From Thermoplasmatales archaeon (lineage in GTDB: Archaea > Thermoplasmatota > E2 > UBA202 > JdFR-43): a stretch of 60,099 bases of DNA. The position numbers and the translations under genes are program-made. Location of the stretch: NCBI GenBank assembly GCA_014361245.1, contig JACIWB010000001.1, forward strand, positions 70,622 through 130,720. Direction: 5' to 3'. Positions 10,147-19,082 of this stretch are shown here, piece by piece; the stretch's first letter is position 1; each line of letters begins with the position of its first letter. Under the pieces are notes generated by a model. It was not told the DNA's origin. It worked only from the letters and a program-made list of their open reading frames with translations, and did not search any database.

Positions 10147-12617
10147 AGAAAATAGGAAGTATAATTGTGTGTGTGTTGCTGGCGATGGCGAGCATAAGCA
10201 GCGTTGGACTGGACCAGCCATTTCCAGTGTATGGGTATATAAAGGATTCTAAGGGAAATGCTGTTTCCTGGGCACAGGTAATTGTCAGAGATATAACGAG
10301 GGGTACACAGATAATTGTGAGCACAAATGAATATGGTTTTTATCAGGCGGAGCTCAGCAGCCTGGCGGAATGCCAGAATGGAGATGTTATAGAGATATAC
10401 TGCTCTTATAACAATGAGGATAACAATAGAAGCTTTGTGCTTGATTTATCTCTTGCTTCAAAAAATGTTAGTTTCTCTCTTGTTGGCATACCATATGCAA
10501 AAACATTGAATGCAGAAAATATAACAAGTGGCTCCGCAAAATTAAATGGAGAGTTAATTTATCTAAATGATACTTCATGCCAAGTGTGGTTTGAATATGG
10601 GGAAACATTATCTTATGGATATTCGACATCAAAGATTACATATTATGGGCAAGCAAATTTTTCAGCAACAGTAAGCGGGCTTAAAGCTGATACAACCTAT
10701 CATTTTAGGGTTGTTGCCAAAAACAGCAGAAAAACATTTTATGGAAACGATGTTACATTTAGGACATCTCCATCCCTGCCAGAAGTAACAACAAATGATG
10801 CAACAGATATTTCGTATAATTCAGCGACTTTAAATGGTTATTTGAACAAGGTAGGGGCGAGCAGTTGCGAAGTATGGTTTGTTTATGATAATGCTTCACA
10901 TGATAAAATAGAGGATTACAGATATAATACTTCGCATATAATAAAGACATCTCCTTCCTCATTTTCTTCAACAATATCAAATCTTGAAGTAAATAAAACA
11001 TATTATTTCAGGGCGATTGCCAAAAATAGCGAAGGAACTGTATTTGGAGAGGAAAAAAATTTTACAACAAGGGTTATTTTGCCATCTGTTTCAACAATTT
11101 CTGCTGAAAATATAACAAGCAACTCAGCATATCTTAAAGGGGAGTTAGAGGATAGAGGGGGAGATGAATATTGCCAAATATGGTTTGAATATGGAGAAAG
11201 CACTTCCTATGGATTTGCTACAAGCATTTTATCTATAAATAAAGATGAAGAATTTTTGATTAAGGTTGAAAATTTAACTCCAGGAAAAACATATCATTTC
11301 AGGGCTGTTGCAAGAAATAGCAAAGGAACTTCTTATGGAAGTGATAAAACATTCAAGACAAATTCTACAAAAGCAAGCATTGAAACTTCAATTTCAAATT
11401 ATGCCATAATACTTACTGCAAATCTGGTTGATACAGGGGGCGAAATATGCTATGTTTGCTTTGAATATTGGAAGGAAGGAAATGAAACAATTTATAGAAC
11501 AGAAGAAAAGGCACTCAACTCACCAGGAATTTTTAATGAAACCATCTCTGGCCTGGAAAGCAACACAAGATATTATTATAGGGCTGTTGTGAGGAATAGC
11601 CAGGGCACATCCTACGGCACAAACTTGTCTTTCACAACGAGCTCGGCGCCGCCAGCGCCCTCATTGGCGGGAGAAGATGCGCTTCCTTCTTTCAATAATG
11701 CAACGTTTCAATGCAATGTTTCTCTTGGAGCAAATGATTTCTGTTATCTATGGTTTGAGGTTTGGGACGGTGAAAAAATCTCATCTGAAGTTATGATTGT
11801 TGAGGAAAATTGCTCCTTAAATTATACGATTGAAGGGCTTGAAAGTGGAAGGGAATATAATTATAGGGCTGTTGCTGTTGGTTCAAACGGTGGAATAGCA
11901 TATGGAGAAATTAAAAATTTTTTAACGCTTGAAAAAGAAAATCATCAGCCATATGTGAGTATTCTTTATCCAGAAAATAATTCGCTTGTAGATACCAACA
12001 TTTCTTTAATGGCGGAAGTATATGATGAAGACAATGATTTGCTTATCGTAAAATTCCATATAAATGATGAAATTTTTATTTTAAATTCAAGAAATGGAGT
12101 TGTGAGCATCAACTTGTCTCTTGATTACGGAAAAAATTATTCATGGTTTGTAGAAGTTAGCGATGGGAAAATAAACGCTTCCTCGCCAATCCTTGTCTTT
12201 AGAACAAAAAGCGATATTTATGCGGATTTTATAACCTCTTTCATTTTAGAAAAAGAGTTGGCTTATTTCTACGATAATTCATCTGGTGAAATAGTTTCAT
12301 GGCTATGGGATTTTGGAGATGGAAATGTGAGTTATGAAAGAAATGCAACACATGTATATGAAAAAGCAGGAGTTTATACTGTAAATCTAACAGTAAATGA
12401 TTTATATGGAAAAAGCTCATCTAAGGAAAGGGAAATAAATGTTTTTTCAAGAGGAGATGCAAACATGGATGGAAAAATAAATGCTCTTGATATAACAAAA
12501 ATAGAAAGAATAATTGCAGGAATTGATGAGGAAACAATTACGGCGGATTTGGACGGCAATGGAAAAATAAATGCGGAAGATTTAAATGAATTGATAAATA
12601 AGATACTGGGAATATGA
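10143..12617 (+). CDS. Secreted protein: CarboxypepD_reg-like domain, ~6 Fn3-like repeats, PKD domain, C-terminal dockerin
   Basis: It has a signal peptide (MKKIGSIIVCVLLAMASISS). A repeated ~95-aa unit follows the pattern ..C.VWFEYGET.SYG..T.....F...SGL...TTYHFR.VA.NS.GT.YG.D..F.T. The PKD motif is WLWDFGDGNVSY. The start overlaps the upstream stop in an ATGA. Confidence 0.85.
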   Translation: MKKIGSIIVCVLLAMASISSVGLDQPFPVYGYIKDSKGNAVSWAQVIVRDITRGTQIIVSTNEYGFYQAELSSLAECQNGDVIEIYCSYNNEDNNRSFVLDLSLASKNVSFSLVGIPYAKTLNAENITSGSAKLNGELIYLNDTSCQVWFEYGETLSYGYSTSKITYYGQANFSATVSGLKADTTYHFRVVAKNSRKTFYGNDVTFRTSPSLPEVTTNDATDISYNSATLNGYLNKVGASSCEVWFVYDNASHDKIEDYRYNTSHIIKTSPSSFSSTISNLEVNKTYYFRAIAKNSEGTVFGEEKNFTTRVILPSVSTISAENITSNSAYLKGELEDRGGDEYCQIWFEYGESTSYGFATSILSINKDEEFLIKVENLTPGKTYHFRAVARNSKGTSYGSDKTFKTNSTKASIETSISNYAIILTANLVDTGGEICYVCFEYWKEGNETIYRTEEKALNSPGIFNETISGLESNTRYYYRAVVRNSQGTSYGTNLSFTTSSAPPAPSLAGEDALPSFNNATFQCNVSLGANDFCYLWFEVWDGEKISSEVMIVEENCSLNYTIEGLESGREYNYRAVAVGSNGGIAYGEIKNFLTLEKENHQPYVSILYPENNSLVDTNISLMAEVYDEDNDLLIVKFHINDEIFILNSRNGVVSINLSLDYGKNYSWFVEVSDGKINASSPILVFRTKSDIYADFITSFILEKELAYFYDNSSGEIVSWLWDFGDGNVSYERNATHVYEKAGVYTVNLTVNDLYGKSSSKEREINVFSRGDANMDGKINALDITKIERIIAGIDEETITADLDGNGKINAEDLNELINKILGI
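12453..12614 (+). other. Dockerin module (two Ca-binding segments)
   Basis: GDANMDGKINALDITKIERIIAG and ADLDGNGKINAEDLNELINKILG fit the duplicated dockerin consensus D.N.DG.INa.D...l...i.g. Confidence 0.75.
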
Positions 12618-15568
12618 AAAAATTAGTTATTCTTGCACTGCTTTTTATTCCAATTATTGCAAGAGGAGATGTCTTTATAGATGCTCCATCAGTTGTTTTA
12701 GTTGAAAATAACTTTTACTTATATGTAAATGTTGAAAATGTTGAAATGTTTAATTCAGCAGATTATTCAATTTTTTACAATTCGTCAATTTTTGCAGTTG
12801 AAGCAGTAGAGAACGGAAATATAAATGGGAGTGAGATAAACTGCAATTATTCAATAAAGGATGGGGAATGCAAAATTGTAAGCGACGCTTCTCTTAATCC
12901 TTTAAATGGCTCTGGTTACCTATCAAAAATTAAGTTTAGATGCATTGCAAGTGGCTTATCATATATATCAATTGAAGGAAACATGAGCGATTTCTATGGA
13001 AATGAAATAAATGTTTCATGGAATGGAAAAAATATAGTTGCTACACCTACTTGCCTTAAAATAGACGCACCAGATATTGCAAGTGGATATTTTTATGCTT
13101 TTATAAATATTTCAAATGTAAGTTTTTTAAATGCAACGAATTTTGAATTGATATTCGACAAATATTTTATAGAATTCATCGAGATTGAGAACGGCTCTAT
13201 AGGAGGAGATGAAGTTTGTATCTATTTCAATGAATTTGCGGACGGAATAAAGATTGTTGCTCTTACAAATGCAAGCGGTAGCGGATGCATAGCAAAAATA
13301 AAATTTAGAGTAAAAAATTTAGGTAGCACAAATATCAATATATCAAATGCTACATTAAGCGGATTTTATGAAGAAATATCTCCATATATAATGAATAAAA
13401 CAATTTTAATCTCCTCCCGCCCGCCAGTCGCAAATGATGATTATTATACAACAAATGAAGATATTATGCTTGTTGCAATTGCTCCTGGAGTTCTTGAAAA
13501 TGATTATGATGCAGATGGAGATACCTTATCTGCAATTCTTGTTAGTGAGCCAAGCCATGGAAGCTTATCATTTAATTCAAATGGCTCATTTATCTATGCT
13601 CCTCAACCAAATTATTATGGGCAAGATAGCTTTACTTATAAAGCATATGATGGACAAGCGGATAGCAACATTGCAACAGTTTATATAAATATAACAGCGG
13701 TAAATGATGCCCCTTTTGCAGTTGATGATACAGCAAGCACAAGTGAAGATACACCTGTTTTGATAAATTTAACATCAAATGATTATGATATAGATGGAAG
13801 CATAGATTTAACAAGCATATCAATAACTCAAAATCCATCTCATGGAAGTTTAAATGTTTATTCAAATGGAACAATTAAATATACTCCAGATGAAGATTAT
13901 TATGGCTCAGATTCATTCAAATATAAAGTAAAGGATAATGATGGAGCAGAAAGCAATGAAGCATGGGTAAATATTACAATAAATCTAGTAAACCATCCGC
14001 CAAATAAACCATCTTTAGTAAGCCCAGCAAATAATTCAGCTGATGTAAGCATAAATCAAACATTAACTGTTCATGTTGTTGATGTGGATGGAAATTCAAT
14101 GAGTGTTAAATTCTATGGTCGCAAATTAGGAAACTCAACATGGCAACTGCTTGGCATAAATACAGGTGTAGGGAATAACACAGATACCTCCATAACATGG
14201 TATAATCTTGAATATGGCACAACATATGAATGGTATGCAGGTGCAAATGATAGCATCACTGAAAATTCATCAGATATATGGAGATTTACAACTCAATCAT
14301 TTCCAACCGTAAATCATGCACCAGTTGCAAATGATGATTATTATTCAACAAATGAAGATATTATGCTTGTTGTAAATGCCCCTGGAGTTCTTGGAAACGA
14401 TACCGATGCAGATGAAGATACCTTATCTGCAATTCTTGTTAGTGAACCAAGCCATGGAAGCTTAATCTTTAATTCAAATGGCTCATTTACCTATATTCCT
14501 AAATCAAATTACTATGGCTCGGATAGCTTTACTTATAAAGCATATGATGGACAAGCATATAGCAACATAGCAAAAGTTTATATTACAATAAATCCAGCAA
14601 ATGACCCTCCTCAAAAGCCAGCATCGCCAAATCCAGCAAATGGGGCAACAAATGTTGGCATAAATGCAGTTTTATCATGGCAATGCATCGATGTTGATGG
14701 AGATGCTTTTTATGATGTTTATTTTGGAACTTCATCAAATCCACCAAAAGTGGCAACTGTTACAACAAAAAGCTATAATCCAGAATTAAGTTATGAAACA
14801 ACTTATTACTGGCGAGTGGTTGCAAAAGATGGGCAATATGAGAATTCATCAGATACATGGAGTTTTACAACTATGTCATATATTCCTCCACCTCCTCCAC
14901 CAGCCAATCAGCCGCCAACATGCTCATTGAATGCAAATATTAGCCAGGGATATGCTCCTCTTCATGTTAATTTTATAATGAATGCAAGCGACGATGGAAG
15001 CATAGCAAGCTGGGAGCTTGATGTAGATAATGATGGAATTGCTGAATATAATGGCTCTGGTCCTCCTCCTTCAACAAAGCAGCATGTCTATACAACGCCT
15101 GGAAATTATACAGCAAGGCTAATAGTTAGAGATGATAAGGGGGCAAGCGATGATACAGAAATAACAATAAGGGTTTTGCAAAATCATAAGCCAGTTGTAA
15201 CAATTGTTAATCCATTTAGTGGCATTAAAATATCTGAAAATATACTGATTGAGGGATTTGCAAGCGATGAAGATGGAAATGATACAATACAAAGAGTAGA
15301 GATAAAAATTGATGGCGGGCAATGGCAGCCTGCGGAAGGCAAAAATTCATGGAGATATTTGCTTAATATAAGTGGAATAGGCGAAGGAGAGCATATAATT
15401 TATGCAAGAAGTTATGATGGAATAGATTATAGCGAGGAAAAATATATAGGAATAACTGTGGAAAAAATCAGGGAAGAGAAGAAATCCATATATCCCTACA
15501 TTTTTATTTTGGTGGCAATCGTTATTGCAATAATATTTGTAATCAGAAAATATCGTAAAGTTATTTAA
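12614..15568 (+). CDS. Membrane-anchored scaffold-like protein: signal peptide, two cohesin-like modules, four cadherin-like modules, Fn3-like and PKD-like domains, C-terminal TM helix plus basic tail
   Basis: The start overlaps the upstream stop in an ATGA. Cadherin-like motifs include VANDDYYTTNEDIM..ENDYDADGDTL and TSNDYDIDGSIDL. The C-terminus is SIYPYIFILVAIVIAIIFVIRKYRKVI. Confidence 0.85.
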   Translation: MKKLVILALLFIPIIARGDVFIDAPSVVLVENNFYLYVNVENVEMFNSADYSIFYNSSIFAVEAVENGNINGSEINCNYSIKDGECKIVSDASLNPLNGSGYLSKIKFRCIASGLSYISIEGNMSDFYGNEINVSWNGKNIVATPTCLKIDAPDIASGYFYAFINISNVSFLNATNFELIFDKYFIEFIEIENGSIGGDEVCIYFNEFADGIKIVALTNASGSGCIAKIKFRVKNLGSTNINISNATLSGFYEEISPYIMNKTILISSRPPVANDDYYTTNEDIMLVAIAPGVLENDYDADGDTLSAILVSEPSHGSLSFNSNGSFIYAPQPNYYGQDSFTYKAYDGQADSNIATVYINITAVNDAPFAVDDTASTSEDTPVLINLTSNDYDIDGSIDLTSISITQNPSHGSLNVYSNGTIKYTPDEDYYGSDSFKYKVKDNDGAESNEAWVNITINLVNHPPNKPSLVSPANNSADVSINQTLTVHVVDVDGNSMSVKFYGRKLGNSTWQLLGINTGVGNNTDTSITWYNLEYGTTYEWYAGANDSITENSSDIWRFTTQSFPTVNHAPVANDDYYSTNEDIMLVVNAPGVLGNDTDADEDTLSAILVSEPSHGSLIFNSNGSFTYIPKSNYYGSDSFTYKAYDGQAYSNIAKVYITINPANDPPQKPASPNPANGATNVGINAVLSWQCIDVDGDAFYDVYFGTSSNPPKVATVTTKSYNPELSYETTYYWRVVAKDGQYENSSDTWSFTTMSYIPPPPPPANQPPTCSLNANISQGYAPLHVNFIMNASDDGSIASWELDVDNDGIAEYNGSGPPPSTKQHVYTTPGNYTARLIVRDDKGASDDTEITIRVLQNHKPVVTIVNPFSGIKISENILIEGFASDEDGNDTIQRVEIKIDGGQWQPAEGKNSWRYLLNISGIGEGEHIIYARSYDGIDYSEEKYIGITVEKIREEKKSIYPYIFILVAIVIAIIFVIRKYRKVI
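12668..13411 (+). other. Two tandem cohesin-like modules (~125 aa each)
   Basis: DVFIDAPSVVLVENNFYLYVNVENVEMFNSADYSIFYNSSIFAVEAVENG...GYLSKIKFRCIASG and LKIDAPDIASGYFYAFINISNVSFLNATNFELIFDKYFIEFIEIENG...GCIAKIKFRVKNLG both follow the cohesin pattern (v.v.v..v..l.g.df.l.yd...l....v..G....g.la.i.F). This is pattern recognition only, with no HMM run. Confidence 0.55.
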
Positions 15569-15585
15569 TTGAGGTGATATATCAA

Positions 15586-16776
15586 ATGATGCGTGATAAG
15601 GGACAGGTTGGAATTGTTGTTGCAATATTGCTTGTTGTTTTATTAGTTTCAGTTCTTGCAGTTATACAGCTCTACTATGTGCCAAGATGGATGGAGGAAA
15701 GAGAAGCCGAGCATATGGATGTTGTTGCAAATCAATTTGCAAATTTAAAATATGCTGTTGATTTAATAGCGATGGAAAAAATTTCCTCTCCTTTAACAAC
15801 TTCGATAACGCTTGGAAGCAAGGAATTACCATATTTTCTTTCCTCCCGCTCTTTTGGCTCTATCCAGATTTTATCAAGCAGTATGAGCAATTTCGATTTT
15901 TCTTTAGAGATAGATGGATATGAATATGAAGAAAAAGAAAATGTATCATGCAGCAATACAAGCATATCAAATATAATTTCAATAAGTTCTCTTGAATTGA
16001 ATATAAATAAGCTAAATATCGGTGACTATTACAATATCTCCTTTTCAGATAACTCATCAATATCTGTAAAGGTGGATGATTTCAACGATTATTGCAGAAT
16101 TAATCTTACAGTAAAAAAAGAAAATACAACAATTTTAAATCAGACAATATTTTCAGGAATTGACAAGGGAAGCACATTTTTTATAAACTTAATGGATGAA
16201 GAATATGCATTTTCAACAAAGGTTTTACCCTATATAGCCAAGCCATTTAACGCAACATTTTCAGTTTCAAATGGTATTTTCAGTATAAGTTATGAGAGGT
16301 ATAAAGAAGCTGAAAATTGCTCTTTTTCTCTTGGAACTTTAATATATCAGGCAGACAATGCCTACTTTGTTGACCAGAATTATATATATGAAGGAGGAGC
16401 CGTTTTTTTAAGCCAGCATGATGGAAACACAACCTTATTCTCCCCATCTATTGAGGTAGCAAATTCAAGTATTAATCTCACGCTCATTAATATTACACCA
16501 GTGCCGGGCAAGGCGGGGGCGGCGGGCTATGGCACATATCTGGTGAGGGTAAATTATTCGAGTTTTGAATCCTATAGATATTTTGGAAATATAACATTAA
16601 AAATTGTGAGCAATTATAATTATTCATGGAACAGATTTTTGAATAAGACATTTAACGAAAGCGGAATTAATTATGATTACGATTGGAACTCTGGAAAGTT
16701 TGAATTGAATGAAATAGAATTTGTATTAAATGTAGTAAAAATTTACGCTCAAGTTGGGCCGGGATGGGTTGAATAA
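15586..16776 (+). CDS. Pilin-like protein with class III signal peptide (396 aa from ATG 15586; track ORF starts at GTG 15574)
   Basis: MMRDKGQVGIVVAILLVVLLVSVLAVIQLYYV is a short basic leader, a KG/Q cleavage-type motif and a hydrophobic helix. A GAGGTGA RBS lies 9 nt upstream of ATG 15586. The remainder is rich in N-x-S/T sequons. Confidence 0.75.
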   Translation: MMRDKGQVGIVVAILLVVLLVSVLAVIQLYYVPRWMEEREAEHMDVVANQFANLKYAVDLIAMEKISSPLTTSITLGSKELPYFLSSRSFGSIQILSSSMSNFDFSLEIDGYEYEEKENVSCSNTSISNIISISSLELNINKLNIGDYYNISFSDNSSISVKVDDFNDYCRINLTVKKENTTILNQTIFSGIDKGSTFFINLMDEEYAFSTKVLPYIAKPFNATFSVSNGIFSISYERYKEAENCSFSLGTLIYQADNAYFVDQNYIYEGGAVFLSQHDGNTTLFSPSIEVANSSINLTLINITPVPGKAGAAGYGTYLVRVNYSSFESYRYFGNITLKIVSNYNYSWNRFLNKTFNESGINYDYDWNSGKFELNEIEFVLNVVKIYAQVGPGWVE

Positions 16777-18663
16777 CTACTCAAAGGAAGCAAGTTTCTT
16801 TATCAATTCTTTCTTCTTTTTTCCAACAAGTGCATGCTCCAGAACTTCTTTAAGGGTTGAAACAGGTATAATTTCAATCATATCCCTATATTTATCTTCA
16901 ATTAGCACATCCTGCAGATTTGCTTTTGGTATTATAACTTTTTTAATTCCAGCCTTTGCAGCCGCTTCAATTTTTGCAGTTACCCCTCCTACAGGCAATA
17001 CTGTTCCATGAATGCTTAAGGAACCAGTCATTGCAACCTGCTGGCTTACAGGAACTCTTTCCATTGCAGAAATAACAGCCGTAGCAACTGATATTGAAGC
17101 GGAATCTCCTTCCACACCTTCATATGTTCCTATAAATTGGATATGAATATCTTTTTTCGATATATCCTCACCAATATATTTCTTTATTATTGCAGAAACA
17201 TTCTGGACTGCTTCTCTTGCTATTATCCCAAGTTTGCCGGTAGCAACTACTTTTCCTTCAGCCTGCGAGCCAGCTGGGGTAACTTCTGCAGCTATAGGAA
17301 GAATCAAGCCAGAGTATTCACTCATCGACGGATCAGCAGACATTACAGCCAGCCCATTGACTATGCCAATTTTTGCTCCATCTGTCTCAAAATATTTGTA
17401 TGCTTTCTTCTTCTCTATATATCTGTCCGCAACCTGTTGCTCAAGACTTCTTGCAATTTCCTTTGCCTTGATTACATGCTCCTGAGTAACAATATTTTTT
17501 CCTTCTTTTATTGCAATGTCGCCCGCAACTCTTATAAGCCCTCCTAGCTCACGAAGCCTTAATGAGAGCTTTCCCTTTTGCCCAGCCCTTCTTTGTGCCT
17601 CTCTTATTATCTCTGCAACCGCCTTCTTGTCAAAATGAGGAATTTTACCATCCTTTGCTACTTCCTGCGCAACAAATCTTATAAGTTTTTCTCTATTCTC
17701 TTCATTATCATCCATCACATTATTCATATAAACTTCGTATCCATATCCCCTTATCCTGCTCCTTAAAGCGGGATGCATACCCGCAACTGCATCAAGATTT
17801 CCAGCACAAACCAGAATGAAATCACAGGGAACCGGCTCAGTTTTAACCATTGCTCCAGCACTCCTTTCAGACTGGCCAGTTATAGAAAACTTCTTCTCCT
17901 GGATTGCGGTAAGCAAATGCTGCTGTGATTGCAAGCTCAATGTATTTATCTCATCAATATAAAGCACTCCTTTATGTGCCCTGTGAATTGCTCCCGCCTC
18001 TACCCTCAAGTGAGGAGGTGTTTCAAGCCCCCCTGCCTGAAAAGGGTCGTGGCGCACATCACCGAGCAGGGCGCCGGAATGGGCGGCGGTTGCATCAATG
18101 AATGGGGGGGTGTCATCTTTTGTATGAGAGACGAGTATTTTTGGTATGTTTGCCTCCTCTCTTCGCTGAATAATGCTTCCTCTGCCAGCTATTAGATAAA
18201 TCATTGCAGCTGCTATCAGCCCGAAAAAGGCAAGGGTTATGTCATAATATATCGCCCCGAATATTGAGAGAATGATTATGAATGATACAATAAGGTTAAC
18301 AAACTGGCTCTGCTGTTGCTCTCTCCTCCTCGCCTCAATCTTCATTTTTTCTACAATTTCCTTCCCTTTTTCAGCAGGGACAACTCTTATAAGAGGAGTG
18401 TTTGCATCGTCTTTATTTGGATATACCAGTATATCCTCAAGCTCTTCTTTTGGCAAAAATTCGGTCATTGCCCTCGCCAGCATTGATTTGCCAGTGCCAG
18501 GCTCGCCTATGAGCATCACATGCCTTTTCTGTCTTGCTGCCTGTCTTACAACTTCTACTACATGATCCTGCCCTATTACCTGGTCTATAAGCAATTTCGG
18601 AATACTTATTTCTGCTGTTGTGTTAAAATTTTTTGTTTCTATCCATTCATCTATTTGCAACAT
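16777..18663 (-). CDS. lonB: Archaeal membrane-bound Lon protease (LonB)
   Basis: It has a Walker A (GEPGTGKS), a TM insertion inside the AAA+ module ([38 protein letters not shown]) and a C-terminal Lon proteolytic domain ([15 protein letters not shown]...[26 protein letters not shown]). Confidence 0.95.
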   Translation of the reverse strand: MLQIDEWIETKNFNTTAEISIPKLLIDQVIGQDHVVEVVRQAARQKRHVMLIGEPGTGKSMLARAMTEFLPKEELEDILVYPNKDDANTPLIRVVPAEKGKEIVEKMKIEARRREQQQSQFVNLIVSFIIILSIFGAIYYDITLAFFGLIAAAMIYLIAGRGSIIQRREEANIPKILVSHTKDDTPPFIDATAAHSGALLGDVRHDPFQAGGLETPPHLRVEAGAIHRAHKGVLYIDEINTLSLQSQQHLLTAIQEKKFSITGQSERSAGAMVKTEPVPCDFILVCAGNLDAVAGMHPALRSRIRGYGYEVYMNNVMDDNEENREKLIRFVAQEVAKDGKIPHFDKKAVAEIIREAQRRAGQKGKLSLRLRELGGLIRVAGDIAIKEGKNIVTQEHVIKAKEIARSLEQQVADRYIEKKKAYKYFETDGAKIGIVNGLAVMSADPSMSEYSGLILPIAAEVTPAGSQAEGKVVATGKLGIIAREAVQNVSAIIKKYIGEDISKKDIHIQFIGTYEGVEGDSASISVATAVISAMERVPVSQQVAMTGSLSIHGTVLPVGGVTAKIEAAAKAGIKKVIIPKANLQDVLIEDKYRDMIEIIPVSTLKEVLEHALVGKKKKELIKKLASFE

Positions 18664-18696
18664 TTCTTGCTATAAAAAAATGTTCTATATAAAATT

Positions 18697-18882
18697 TTAT
18701 ATCAGCTCAACATTTACAGCTCTTTCTCCTTTATCCCCTTTCTTTATATCGAATTTTACTTTCTGTCCAACCTTTAATGGCTGGTTTCCTTTTACATCCG
18801 ACTGATGCACAAAAACATCCTTTCTTCCTTCAACCTCTATAAATCCGTAAGAGGTTACCCATCTTTTAATTATTCCTTCCAA
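18697..18882 (-). CDS. Cold-shock domain protein (CspA family)
   Basis: MEGIIKRWVTSYGFIEVEGRKDVFVHQSDV...KVGQKVKFDIKKGDKGERAVNVELI carries RNP1/RNP2-like motifs YGFI and VFVH. Confidence 0.8.
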   Translation of the reverse strand: MEGIIKRWVTSYGFIEVEGRKDVFVHQSDVKGNQPLKVGQKVKFDIKKGDKGERAVNVELI

Positions 18883-19082
18883 TTTATCACCTTGCCTATA
18901 ACACCTTCATGTATATAATGCTATTGGAAAAAAAATGGGCATGTAAAGTGCTTAAATTATTTCGTTCTTCTATTTTACCAAAGAGCATGGAGAAATTATC
19001 AATTATGAATATACTCTTTACAGAAAATTTTCTAATTCCAAAAATATTTAAACTTTTATTCATTATGTTTTTGGTAATTAAA

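Noticed and set aside
7400-14900. Possible CRISPR array or other non-coding repeat array suggested by the many repeated segments
   Set aside because: All repeats are long (200-900 bp), in frame, and encode protein modules (PKD, cadherin-like, Ig-like). There is no short repeat/spacer periodicity, and no cas genes are in the window.
2835-16776. Interpretation of the cohesin/dockerin operon as a cellulosome
   Set aside because: No glycoside hydrolase, carbohydrate esterase, polysaccharide lyase or obvious CBM motif is recognisable in any of the five proteins. The beta-helix modules look like NosD/CASH-type rather than pectate-lyase catalytic domains, although that cannot be excluded without HMMs.
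17137-18565. Several plus-strand ORFs (62-136 aa)
   Set aside because: They are antisense to lonB, which is unambiguous.
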